Of a stretch of DNA of 64,000 bases, positions 1-13,439 are shown piece by piece. This stretch comes from Chiloscyllium plagiosum. Its lineage: Eukaryota. A program made the position numbers and the translations under genes. Every line of letters begins with the position of its first letter. Positions within the stretch are counted from its first letter, which is position 1. Below the pieces are notes generated by a model. That model did no database searches and was not told where the DNA came from. It saw only the letters and a program-made list of their open reading frames with translations. Where the stretch lies: NCBI RefSeq assembly GCF_004010195.1, contig NC_057718.1, positions 48,543,859 through 48,607,858 of the forward strand. Reading direction: 5' to 3'.

Positions 1-539
1 GTCAGTCTGCATTTGGAATATTGTGATCAGTTTTGGGCCCTGTATCTAAGGAAGGATGTGCTGGCATTGGAGGGGATCTTTAGGAGATTTATAAGAATGA
101 TCCTGGGGTTGAAGAACTTGTCGTAAAAGGAATGGTTGCGGACTCTGGGTCTGTACTCAGTGGACTATGGAAGGATGGGGGGGGTGGGGATCTGATTGAA
201 ACTTATAGAATACTTGAGATGTCTGGATAGAGTGGATGTGGGGGAGATCTTTCCACTAGTAAGAGAGCCTTGGACCTAAGGGCACAGCCTCAGAGTGAAG
301 AAATTACCCTTTAGAATTTCTTCAGCCAGGGGTGGTTGATCTGTGGAACTCATTGCTTCAAAGGGCTATGGAGCCCAAGTCATTAAGTGTATTTAAGACA
401 GCGATATTTAAATACTTGGTTTGCAGGAGGATCAAGGGTTAAAGGGAGAAAACAGGAGCATGGGGTTGAGATTGAATCATGAAGCAGACTCAATGGGGTG
501 AATGGTCTACTTCTGCTCCTGTATCTTATGGTTTTATGG
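1..539 (+). mobile_element. CR1-clade LINE, 3' end fragment
   Basis: Decayed HLEYCDQFWALYLRKDVLALE-type CR1 ORF2 C-terminus, ending in ctacttctgctcct plus a ttatgg repeat tail. Confidence 0.85.
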
Positions 540-3500
540 AGGAATAGCCCTTACCTGCAACCAGAGGAAACTAGGGGATATTTCTTAGATTGTTACCTTC
601 ATAGCACACTAAAGCAAGACCCTAAGCAAGTGCACTCCAGTCGAGTTGGAATTGGTTTTTTAACTCCTATCCTTGTATATTCCAGAAGGGCAAATGCACA
701 AAATGTAACTGCAGGAGGTGACTTGCTTTGAAAAAGGTGCTGTTGGCCCCTCTTTGCAGTCACCAAAGATCTCAGTCCGCTCTGAGGAGATTTTCCTTTT
801 CTACCTTTGAGGGACTGTTGTTTGAAAATACAGCCTGTTGTTAGGCTAAAATTCACGGGAAAACATGAAAGAGGTAATTTGACATATATAATGCTGCTCA
901 TTCATTGTCCTGCTGGGACAAAATTGTAAATGCTCCCTGATACATATGTATTTCTGTTTACACTGGACTAATTTGTCTGAAAAATATGCTTCCCGACAGC
1001 TGCAACATGCCACATCATGCTGAAATAAATCTATCAGAATTAAAAATAATAGAGAAAAAATTAATATGTGGGAATGTTTTAAATAATCAGAAAACCACTA
1101 TTAATTTTAACTGCTCCTTAAGGCAGATGTGGATATCAGCCAGCAAGGAATATTCATTTCCAGTTTTATATATTTTAAGAGCAACTCAAGTTGAGTTCTA
1201 TAATAAACCACAGTCATAATTGCCATTGTAAACAATCAGCAAATTTGGCAAGATGTCAAACAAAAAGCAATTAACAATAGTACCAAATCTTATAGATGTC
1301 ATAATGTGCTTTCCTGTGGTAGGCCAAACAGAAATAGTCGTCTTGGTATCAATTTTATTCAGGGGCTATTATCAACCATGCAAAAGTCTGATTATTCCCA
1401 ACTGTTCCAGTGAGATATGAAATGACGCATTGGTGCACCTTCCTTAAAACATGGAAACAATAGAGTTAGGTGTGACCAACCCAAGAAATATGTTAAACAC
1501 ACATGCTGCAGAAAGAAAGTACAAGTTCCTTGTAGCAAGTATGACACAGCAGCTTTAGAAGCGTTACATTGTTAATAATGTATCCTATTATTATACAGGA
1601 TACCATGCCTGACTTGATTAAATCTTTATGTGCAGTTGCACTGTATGTACTAGTTTGACACTGCTACATGTTTTAAAATAGTGCAAGTTTGCAGACATGA
1701 TTTATTCTACTGCTTTATAATGTGTTCTGGCCAAAGCAAATGGAACACTTTAAAAATGTATACTAGCACATTTTTAAAATTTACTTTGCACTGATTTCAG
1801 TTATAACACAGCAACAATTGAATGCAGCAATTTTAAAATCAAGACTGACAAATTCTGAACTTATTCAACATGATTTCCAGATCGGATTGATGCAACTCCT
1901 ACATTAGGAATAATTCATTGTAATATGTACAATGCGTGAACAGACTTTTGTCATCAGTTTAGAAATGCCACAATGTTTGGCCCTTTAAAAATATGAAGAA
2001 TGTTTTAGTGTTTCAAGGTTAAAATTAGTCTCAATGTTGAGTTGCAGAATGATTTATTAATTGCTGAATATTTATTCCTTCCGCCTGTCAGTTATTCCCA
2101 TTGTTTTTTTTACTATTGTGTTTGGTAAAGTGACCTTGCATGGTAACATTTTTGGAAAATGTCCTGTTAATCAGATGTTATTTGCTTCGATGTCTGACAT
2201 CATCATAACATGCATGTGGTACAGTGAAGGTGGAATTTTTGGATGTTAGACTTGAGTGTCAGGGACTGTTGCTAAATGAGTAATAGAGAAGTGGTACATT
2301 AAGCAGTGTGAGAGGTTAGTGTTGCAATAGGTAGAAGATGTTGGGTGAGCAACATTCAATGACTTTTACCACTTTTGTGACATGATTAAATATCTTAGAA
2401 TTGCTGCCATGTCCTCAAAGCCAGACTCAGGCATTGCAAACATGAGGTTTATATGGGTGTTCTAATTAGAGATTGTAAGTTTAGGAACTTACATCTAGCA
2501 ACAAGCGTGGGTTATATGGCTGTTAAAAATTAAAGAGAGACCCAGGCTGATTTGCTTGCACATTGGACACAACTGTTGTTTACAGTGATTAGACTACTAG
2601 CTCCCAAAGTCACAAGAAGGTGTTGAGAATGTTGGGTTATAAACAGTTATACTTCCTAGCCTGTTTACTTTATCTAAGGCAGACTTGAACCTAATGAATA
2701 GCTGATCATAATTTCTATCTGTGTATACTGCCCATATGATTCACATTGTCATGAACATGGGCTTTGAGAAAGGAAGAATTTCAAAGCTATCCATGAGATT
2801 CACCAGCACAGTTAGCCTGCCATGATTCTAAGAGCAGGGAAGCAGCAAGAAGGTAAAGGTCTCCTTGGGTCACCATGCCAAACTGAAGGTGGGAGCTCAA
2901 ACTCAGAATAAAAGACTAAATTCATTAAGACATGAAAGCAGGCTGGGAAATTTGCCTAGCTTGTGCAAGAGGGAAAATCCTCATTATACAAGGCAGTATG
3001 GGACAAAATGCTACCAGATTGGCAAAGAAAAGAAATTGTAGTACCTTTGTAAGCTAAGAATCACTTTGTACTATTCCAGGAAATTGAATATTTAATTAAG
3101 GGGCAATGTAAAGTATAATCATGAAATGGGAAGTAAGCAGTTAACATAGCATTTAGTTTATGTGTACATCATCAGACTCTAATGTTCATCAATTAACATG
3201 ACTCCTTCCTGATTCAACTGGATAATTCACAACAGTTGGTTCAAGGTGGGACAGGATCAGGATGGTAGTCCACAACTTTTATTTAAATTTGGTCAGTGTC
3301 CTGTTTCACTGGACAGAGTGAGTTAAGATCCTTCCCAGTGAGTTATTTAAATGTGAAAATTACATATGATTCACAAAACAACTGAAAAAAGACAAAAATG
3401 ATGTAGTGTTAAAGTTGTAAAATATATGTGAGAATATAATTACATTCATCCTAATTATTCATATAGCTTCTCTGTTTATTATCACTGAAAACATACATTC

Positions 3501-4721
3501 AGATGATGCAAATTGAACTTTCATATGTTCTGAATTTCAATTGCAAAATATATTTCAAAACTCTTGGGAAGGCCGACTGTATGGGGTTGTGGGATTTGTT
3601 AAAAATGAATGTTACAAATTGTAGAAAGTTGCAGTTTCTTGGCAACAAAAATTGCCATCTTGAAAACATTACATCTCGATTTAGCTCTAATATTGTTTGA
3701 TTGGCGAAAACCAGATGCGGGGAGAGCGGGCATTCGAAGAATGCTAAACTCTGTGTGTGCAGGATTCCAATGGCTAGATATCAGGTAAGTCCATAAGACT
3801 CATCTTTTCCGCTAACAAATTTAACATGTAACTGTTCTCAAATACACTAAGAAAAATGGAGCATTTCCCTAGGGGTTGAGGCTATAACCAGAAGCTCAAT
3901 TTTATAATTGAGAACATATTTTGTCTTGGTCAAAAAATAGTAATTCATTATCATATGCTTATCAGCCTGCCAGGGTAACTAACCTGCAGTGAAGAAAGTG
4001 AATATTGTACAATGGTACCCTATGTTTCTTTCAAGAATTTTTCTTTCATATTTCTCTAATTGTACACTAACCTTCTTTAACCAAGATTTGACGATCTTTT
4101 GGTCCCATAGATCTGTGGTCACCATAAATAGGGAAACTTGGTTAATATACTTGGATGACGGTGAAGACTGGAAGAACTTGATTCCCAACCATTGTTTCCA
4201 ACTCCCACTGACCAAGTCATCAATTCTAATTCTGCGTATTTGTTGAGACTTAGAACTCAGCTTTCTTGGTCAAAGGTATAAAACACTGAACACCTTCTTC
4301 CTGTACTTTGTAAAACAAAAAAAAAATAAAGAACAGTTGATGAGAAAACAAAACAGAAAAGAAAACAACTGGTAATTCCGAATTTTGAAAAAAATTCCAA
4401 ACCCTGTCCAGACGCCATTCACATAATAAGGGAAAGTGAATGGATATCAAACTTGGCCAAAGGAGTTTCTCTCCAACCTATGAATCATATTTGTAATTGC
4501 ATTCACAGATGGACAAAAATCTTGTCCCCTTTAGGGTGAATACAGTAAGAAAATCTCCAGTTTTAACATACTTAGCCCATTATCTGTTTTTTTTTGTGTT
4601 GGCATAAATAACATTTGATTTTATTTTTATTTTTCACTCTTGATTTTCTGATTTTAATCTTTATTGCATTGTTTTGAACTTGACTGTTCAAAAGTCAACA
4701 CAACATTTGTTTTAATTTAAA

Positions 4722-4890
4722 GCAAAGCATTGTGAGAAAGCAGAGTGAATATTTTGAGTCCAGTAACTCTTCATCAATTTTGATTCTCTTTCTGAAGAAG
4801 CATCACTGGACTCAAAACATTAACTCTGCTTTCTCCCCACAGATGGTGCCTGATCTGCTGAGTTTTGCCAGCAATTTCTGGTTTTGTTTT
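4722..4890. mobile_element. Penelope-derived fold-back element with decayed hammerhead-like motifs
   Basis: 4731-4777 is an inverted copy of 4792-4840; CTGAAGA-A-GCATC-ACTG-GACTC-AAAAC at 4792-4818. Same family as the copies at 26538 and 62016. Confidence 0.65.
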
Positions 4891-5269
4891 ATTGATGTGC
4901 CCAAAGGATATGGGCAACATTAGCAATGCCACATTTCACAATGGTATCTGGAGCAGAATTCCAGAATTTGGACGAGGCAGTAACAAAGGAGAAAAATATT
5001 TGCCCAAGTGCCTCCAACTTATATGTTACAAGTATTACCTGTCATTTGTCAGGTCAAGTTTAGGTATGGTTCAGCTCAAGCCTTGGAACACATAATTTAC
5101 TTCACTATTGGAGAAAATGTGAATAGTGCTCTGTACATTACAAGCATCAGCAAATAGCCCTGGCATTGATTTTGTAATGAAGGGAAGTTATTGTTTGGAT
5201 AGATGAAAGTAGACATGCTGAGGATACTTTTATTCATAGTGTAGAGTCCTAATATTCTTATGTCATTGA

Positions 5270-6775
5270 CAGAGGCCATTCAGTCCATCATGTCTGCACT
5301 CGGCATAAAGCATCCATCTATTCTAATCCCATTTCCAGCACTTGGCCCATAGTCTTGAATGCCATAGCATTTCAAGTGCTCATCTAATTAGTTCTTAAAT
5401 ATTTTAAGGGTTCCCGTTTCTACCACTGCTTAGGCAGCAAGTTCCTGATACCTGCAATGGTCTGGGTGAAAACATTTTCCTCAAATCCCCTCAACATCCT
5501 GCTCCTTACCTTAAAATTCCATTTCCTGGTTATTGACCCCTCTAATAAAGGAAAACATTTCTCCATATCTACCCTGTCTATGCCCCTCAGAACTTGGGTC
5601 CACCTCAATAAACCCCTTCTCTGCTTTTAGAATAACAAGCCAGCCTATCTAGTCTCTCTTTGTGGTTGAATCATTCCAGCTGAGACAACATAGTATGACT
5701 CTCTTCTGCACCCACTCTAGTGGTGACCAGAACTGCATACAGTGTTCCAATTGTGATCTAACTAGCACCTCCATCATAACCTCCTTGCTCTTGCATTCAA
5801 TTTCTTAAATAATAAAGATAATGATCCCACATGCCTTCTTAACTACTTTGTCTATCTGTCCTGCTATCTTCCAGGATCTGTGGACATGCACAAGGTCCTT
5901 CTGATCCTCTGTGCTTCCCAGAGTCATGCAATTCAATGTGAACTCCCTTGTCATATTAGTCTTCACAAAATGCATCACCTCAAACTTTTCAGGTTTTAAT
6001 TCCATTTGTCACTGTTCAGCCCATCTGACCAGCCCATCTACATTGTTTTGAAGTTTAGGTATTTCCTCCTCACTATTTCCCATCAGTTTGTGCCATCTGC
6101 AAACATATTGATCATTGTTTCTACATTCATGTCTCAGTCATTAATGTACGCAACAAACAGCAAGAGGTCTGGCATTGATCCCTGTGTTGTGCACTGGACA
6201 CAAGCTTCCAGTCACAAAACACCCTTTGTCCATCACCCTCTCCCCCTTTCTACAAAGCCAATTTTGAATCTAAATTGACATTCTGAATCCTATGGTTGTT
6301 AGCTCCTTCAACAGTCTGCGATGGGAGAGCGTGTCAAACATCTTACTGAAGTCCCTGTCGATCTCATCAACTGCACTACCTTCATCCATACACCTCAAAA
6401 TGTCCAATCAAATTTAGCTTGGATTAATTTCCCTACAGTATGGAAACAGACCCTTCGGCCCAACAAGTCCATGCCAACCCTCCAAAGAGGAACCCACCCA
6501 GACCCATTTCCCTACCCTATATTTACCCCTGACTAATGCACCTAACACTATGGCCAATTCAGCTGACCTGCACATCTTTGGATTGTGGGAGGAAACTTGA
6601 GCACCTGTTCCACGCGGACATGGGGAGAATGTGCAAACTCCACACAGACAATCACCCAATGCAGGAATCGGACGCAAGTCCCCGGCCTGTGAGGCAGCAG
6701 TGCTAACCACTGAACCACCATGCCGCCCCAATTTTGTTAGACATGATCTCCCCATTACAAAGCTATGCTGACTTG
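5270..6775 (-). mobile_element. CR1 LINE fragment (RT to 3' end), interrupted by a SINE
   Basis: Minus-strand remnants LRGIDRVDMEKCFPL, KFEVMHF and QHSFVMGRSCLT. The sequence resumes after the SINE at ~6730. Confidence 0.85.
6414..6728 (-). mobile_element. HE1-type tRNA-derived SINE
   Basis: Minus strand begins gggcggcatggtggttcagtggttagcactgctgcctcacag (A box), has the V-SINE-like core gtgtggagtttgcacattctcccc and a CR1-derived 3' tail. Confidence 0.88.
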
Positions 6776-9700
6776 TCTGAAGATTTAAAAAAATAATAAT
6801 TATGGCTCTAATCAGTGACCTATGTGAATCATAAAAATCTTCTCTTCTGCCAGGTATGATTGAAGGATTTTTCTCTTGATCACCACCTAATTTAGTTTTG
6901 CTAGTGGACTTTGGTGCCAAGCTCAGTTGAATGCTGGCTTGTCTTAAGTGAAGTCATTATTGTCTTGGCTCTGGCATTGAGCTTTTTATGCATGTCTAGA
7001 TCAGAGCTGTGGTGAAAATTAGTTGCAGGAATACAGAACTAAAGCTGAGCTCATCTACAAAACTCATGTTCTTAGCAAATGCACAAAGCTTCCATGGTCA
7101 CTTCAAGTTGACATTGCAGTCAGCTTTAAAAAGATAACATCTTTCAGTGAATCTTTGAGAAAAGAGAAGTCACACGTCACATTGGTAATACGATGCTGAT
7201 GCGATCATGTTTTCACAGTTCAATGATGAGCATTACTAATCATGTTTCAAAAACAATGATAAAGCATTTATGAAACAGTACCCTATGGCAATAATGCACT
7301 TTCAAACTAAAATGTGCTCGGTAATTCGCATAATTTAGTGGCAAAATATTCGTAGGGGAGGGTTTTCAGCCTCACTTTCTACAGGCACCTTACATTCGGC
7401 TCCATTAGTGCACCTCCCTGTTGCTCAACTGAATCGAGGTTCTCACCTCTGTGACACTGCTTGGAAACGCATTCATACTGTTGATGGCGTTCTGTATGGG
7501 AAAGATCCTCCTCCTATGAAGACTATTTAACTATATCAAGCTGTTCTGCCATTCAGTGAGATTATGGTGAATCTGCGATCTAATTCTGTAAATATCTGTC
7601 TCAAAATTTCCCTGAACGAATCTAATGCCCCAGATATCGTTTCCCTTATTAACTTCCGTAAAATTACCGCTTAGATGCCTACTTTCCAGGCCGAAATGCC
7701 CAAAACAGTGAAATTTGGTTTAAGGCAAAGCAAAATAGGCCATGATGAAGCTTGTTTCACATCCCCACAGAGGACATATAATTGCACGGCGGAATTTTTC
7801 ACGGTCGCTTGTAAGGCGCTGTCACTGAATTCGAATTCTATCCCACTTTAGGGTTGTTGAGGCTTCCTAAATAGTTCAAAAACACCTCACTGAAGACATT
7901 AACTGTCACTTATTCTCTCCACCGCTCTGAGTATGTGTTTGTTTTCCTTTGTCTAACAAGGTCTAACCGAAGCACTGTGCACTTTGATCACTTTTTTCAC
8001 TGATTTGCTTCCTATAACTGTTTTGAGTACATCGTTCGACACTGGTTGAAGGGTTGTTCTGTATTGGTTAGTACATGATAAATTGTCGATCTGCTAAGAT
8101 TCTGGATTCTACTTCCGTTTGACCACAGATATTACAACAACGTCAAGAAACGATGGGTTCTATTTCCATGGGCGATACTTAACGCCTGTTGTATGAAATA
8201 ATCGGCTCCATTGTTTCATTAATTTGATGTTGTAAATATTGGAATGGTAATGATATATTATGTAACATACGGTGCGGTATCCTGTTGTTAAAATAAAATT
8301 CTTGTCCGTCTAAGGCTAGGTAAGGGTATTTGTCGGAGTTAACTCAATTAGATGCTGATTGCAGTTTGAGCGGAGAGTTTGGGTCTTGGTGGGTCTTGTA
8401 CATTTTTATCTTCAGACCAGTAAATAACCTCATCTTTACTTTGGTACCTGGGCGATGGTATCAAAACGTAAATAAATGCATTTTTACATTTAAAGTTGCA
8501 ATGGCAGGATAGTGTATATCAATAAATGTTTTACAACAATTAACAGGGATGCTATAGAAGGGCGTTACAATTGGGTCATTTTCCCCCATCCGCTCTGCTA
8601 ATATGGGCCCGTACATTGGGTATCGATAATAAAATATTACTTTTAAGTCACAACAATGTCCAATTTCGGATAAATCGGTAATTAATTATTTGAATATGAA
8701 CTATAAAAACATACATGACCCCAAACACATACAGCTCAGCCTAGGGGTAAGAATGAGGAATGTTATACATTCAGTTGGATGATTTCCCTTTGGGGCAGAC
8801 TGCAGAGACACATTGAACTAATGGTGCATCTTACTCGCTTAAAAGGTGGGATGGGTGAAGGGGGGAACTACTCCATGAAATCTGCCTTCTTCTAATGATC
8901 TCAGCGCTCCTGGCGATTCGTTGGATGGCCCTGTAAAGCACTGAACATATTCCTATAGGCAGCAAGGTGTGAAGAGTTGTAATGACACCAAGTAGGTCAC
9001 GGACAAATCTTTACACAAGGGCAGAGCAAGGAGGCGTGAAATCTTGTGATTCTGCATGTAAGCAGGCACCGACTCGGTTGTAGGGTATTTTGTCCGCTAG
9101 GAGTTCACATTCGAAAGTTATTAGCTGGTGACTTTAAAGTCTAGGGACTGCAGGATATCGCGACTTGTTTGCAGTTCATGGAGAGGGGAAGGAGTTGTTT
9201 CTTGTTAACGCTGGAAACTGTGATCCTGCACAAATCGGTAACCAGTCTCTGGAAATCGTCACCATCAAACAATTAGGTGACTCCTGAGGGATCTCGATCG
9301 CTAATTCAGCGGGTAGCTCCGGCGGTCATCTCAGAGCTAAAGCTTCGCTGTTTTTCCAGCCCGATTCAGACCTACTGACCTTGCAACAAACCATATTGTC
9401 GAAATGTCTAAGACCCTATGAGTTTAAATGTGCCCAGTCTCTTGTGAATCACATTTTCTATTTGAAATAGCGTTAACGAACTCTTGCATGTAGCATACAC
9501 ACCTGTAGATATCATGCTTTCAGAATTAGAGTTCACAAAAAACACTTCGTTTCCGTCCCGTGTAAGAGTATTTGCTTTCACATCCTTTTCCACTCAAATT
9601 ACTAAGTTGATTTTTCTTTTTAATTTTTCAGGGCCCAGCTTACTTGTACATAACCCATTTAAACAAATCCAACTGAGGTGGGGGGCACAAATTGCACTGC

Positions 9701-12700
9701 TTATGAAGCACATTAATCATAACTTCGGGAGATGGATTATCAACAGAGATTCCCATCAGTAGTCTGGGAAATTAAATCACCTAGTTAAATTATTAAACTG
9801 TAACACTGCTGAAACATTTATCCAACTGTTAATTATTTAGAAGAAAATGTAATTTTCGTCCTGAAATTTTTATTTGGGGGCGAGAGGGATGCGGTTGATG
9901 TGGTGGGAACTGATTTAATATATCAACAAGCAAACGGGTCCCAAGAGTAGCGAAGAAGCTACTGATTCCAACAGGTTTCGCAATAGCGGAGTGAGGTGAA
10001 CAACGAGGCGCCGGGCGGCCTATAGGTGGCAGTGCGAAACTATAATTCAAGCTGCTCACTCCATTCTTACTCCCTTTACTCATTATCTTCCTGCTCCTGA
10101 TCGCCAGGAGGGCGGCAAGCGGGGAAACACCCAGCCATTTGCAAAAACGATCAGCATCCTTCACTTTTGCATCAAGATTAAAGCTGATTGCAGCTGCATC
10201 AAATGCTGCATCGCAAAGGAAACAACTCACCGACACTCCTGAAATGAGTTGCCACATTCAAGCTTGACATGTTGAAAAATAAGTGCTGTTTTCTGTTTGG
10301 TGGATATATTCTGATCTCTGTGGGTCTATTTGGTCTAAGTACATTTCAGATCATTTGCAGTTGTTGTTTCCACCAGAGCTAGGTTCAGTCTGCACTTCTG
10401 TTTTTGCATGTGTATTTCTGAAAGTGTTGCTATAATTTTAAATGTTCACCGTTAAATTTGCTTTACATAATATAAGTATTGACCCTCTAAAGAAGTGACA
10501 AAGAAAAGTACCTTCAGAAGAACTGGTAAAACTAACCTAATAACATTGCAAAGTAGATGGCAGAATGAGTAGTTAGAGCAGATAGAGTAATAAATCTCTC
10601 ACATATGTAATTGGATGGACACACCAAAGCAGAAAGAAATGTGTGGTAGAATCTGACTGAGTCTTTGATTTATGCTGGAGAAAAGTGATCAGCTTCAGCA
10701 ACATTAATCGAACAGAGCTTTCCTTATGTTAAAAGCGGCCTCATATAATGAAATATAGCTGTGTCGTCTATCTTTTTATAGAATGGTCCCAGGGCTGTCA
10801 TAGCGACCTCTAAATGACTGAAATATTTCCCTTTACAGCTCGGCAGCACCTGAAACAACTGTGTAGCTCAGTGCCCGCCGAGCGGTTTCTCCATCCTCTT
10901 CCCTATATTGTTATGTCTGTCTGATTGAGCACCGAAATTCATTCCGCTATTTGTGTGCCGGAAAAGTGTCATTGGAATATTTTAAATGTATCAGGGCCAA
11001 AGAGAGTCATCCGGGGTTAATCATTCTTAAAGGAACCAAACAATAGGAATTATTATGTATTGCTCCAGCTGAAACTATGCCGGATTATTACCATCAATTA
11101 AAATGACATGTATATAAAGTAAATCATTTCTTATACTGCTTGAAGAATAAAAGAGATTGGAATCAAATCATTGGAGTGATATCGCCTGAGAGTGTCCAGT
11201 GTTACTTGCACTGCACTTGGTATGAAAACAGAATTGACAGAAAAAAACATGATTACTTATTGACGTTGTATCATGCCATGAATGATTTCCACCGTATCTG
11301 AGTCAGCGAAACTACTTAAGAATTGGCTTTTAACAGTGGGTTCCCAGGAAGTTTAAAAAAACCGGAAATATCTCCTACCCATTTCAAACGTTTGTACTAA
11401 GAGGCTTTTCTTTAAAAAAAACATAAACAAAGCTTTAGCCGCATGAAAATGAAATACTTTATCCATTCACTCGGAAGCGAAGTTAAAAATGCTCATCTCC
11501 TGGGAGTTGGACATTTTTATTTTACATTAACATGTTAATTGTTGATATCTCTGGTGCCCTGGAGTTTACTGCTGTGTTTGGGGACCTTCAATTCTACAGC
11601 AAATTTAGGCTCAACAGGAGGCACAGGGAACAGCGTTGAGGTTGGACTTCTCCGGCTCATCAGCAGAAACATTGGGGTCGGGCTCCTCAAATTGCTTTCG
11701 TTTCTTTCTGTGGCACTTTTCATGCACCGGAGCGGATTTGCGTCACAAGTGCAACTTGCGAGACGAGATAAAGTTGCACAAATATTGAAAACGGAAGTTC
11801 TACCAGTCATTATAAAGCTTTTCTCCGGAAGAAATAAGGATTTCTGCTGTATCCTAAAATACTAAAGGGGTTCTATTTTAAGTAAATCTAACAGGCATAT
11901 CCGCTCATTTACTTCGCGTTTAAGCACATCAAAACAGGATGGCTATCAACGATGTGAACTTAATAGTGCTGGACATTTCCTCCACTCTGAAGACTGGTCC
12001 AGAGGAAAGAAAAACGTCTTTATATATTTCCAATTCAAACAAATACTTAACAATGTACGGGGAATACACAAAACAAGATAGATGTCATTGTTGTGTAGAC
12101 GCCTGGGTTGCAACTGGGTTATTCCAATAGGTCATTATATCAACAGCAAAGTTTTAAGTTTAGGATTACAGACAGATACAGAGTAATGCCTTATATCTAT
12201 AGAGAGAGAGCACGCTATTATAAAACAAATTGGAGGTTAGAGCTGAATTTAAATCTGCTGTCTTGTGAGTAATGTTGAGGCTATAATTGTAGTGTTACTT
12301 CTAAATGGACTTGTTTTTTCCCCCATTACTGAATGCCGTACTCAAGCTGCTGACGCGTCAAATGCATTCCCTAAAAAAATGCAGCATTGCGTTTGTGACT
12401 TCAGCCTCAGATTAAAGTGAGATGTGTGATCTCCTTTCCTTTCCCGTTCAATCCCAATCATTCTGGCTGGCTGGTTAGTGAGATACTGGTTACTGAGACA
12501 CAAGGTGTCTTCTGGGACTTCACCCAAATGTTCATCATTTTATATTACCTCAAATCAGGAAAACCGTTTGGTTTTCATTTTGAATGCGACCTAATGCCAT
12601 TATTCACAGAAAACAAAACGCACAACTTGACGCCAATTAACCGTAAATGATCTCCTTTCCAATCCTTGAACTGTCGGCTTATCCTTAGATTATTAATGAA

Positions 12701-12760
12701 AGCCGCACGGGTCCGCAACAGTTGGACTTAGTTCGGTGTCCAATGTAAACCCCGGCATAG

Positions 12761-13213
12761 GCCTGGCCAAACTGGCCATAAACAGGTCCAGGCAGCGAGC
12801 CGAGGAGGGGGTCGTTAGGGCCGATTGCCTGCACCATTCCTTGGCTATGTCCGAGCCCGGGTGTCTCTGGAGAAGGAGCACGCAGTGCCCACCAACACCC
12901 TTGAGCTGTTCAGGGAGAGATGGGCACCGCAGGGAGTGGAGTGTTTTATTTCCCCCTCCAACTCTATTTTGATTTAATCCCTGCCCTCTCCTTCTCTGTT
13001 TGATCACACAGCATTGCCCTTTGAGAAGGGCACTGCTTGTCACTGGCCACTCGGGTGTTTCCTTTCTTCCTGGTGGTGGAATACAAATAAAGATTTATAC
13101 ACCTGCTGTTCTTCACTGTGTCCTACACGACATGGGTGCTGGGGAAAAATAAGCAGTACCGCTGTCAGGCGGTAGTGTGGGGGTAAGGGAAGAAAAAAAA
13201 TTAAAAATATATC
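12761..13213 (+). mobile_element. 5'-truncated Tx1/L1-clade LINE 3' end with A-rich tail
   Basis: GLAKLAINRSRQRAEEGVVRADCL, then after a frameshift GYVRARVSLEKEHAVPTNTLELFRERWAPQGVECFISPSNSILI*. A-tail at ~13190-13207; degenerate TSD AACCCCGGCATAG (12748-12760) / AACCCCAGCAGTAG (13214-13227). Confidence 0.75.
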
Positions 13214-13439
13214 AACCCCAGCAGTAGTCAGATATTATAATAAAATAAATAATCGCCAGCGCATTGCAGGGCTCGTTTTTATTTATAGACAGCTATTGCC
13301 AAACCTGAATACAATAACTCGTGACTTCCATTGTTGCATTGCAAATGTCAAAAAAAAACCCTTAAAACCGTGTTGCTTCCAGCATTTAAAGTCTGCTGGA
13401 CTTCCTCAGGCGCAGCTGCAGTACAGCAGGAGGAGCTAG

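Noticed and set aside
9829..10257. 142-aa minus-strand ORF upstream of HLX
   Set aside because: No recognisable domain or splice structure; more simply explained as a chance ORF over regulatory DNA.
10861..10895. tRNA-like start GTAGCTCAGT
   Set aside because: No B box, acceptor stem or cloverleaf follows.
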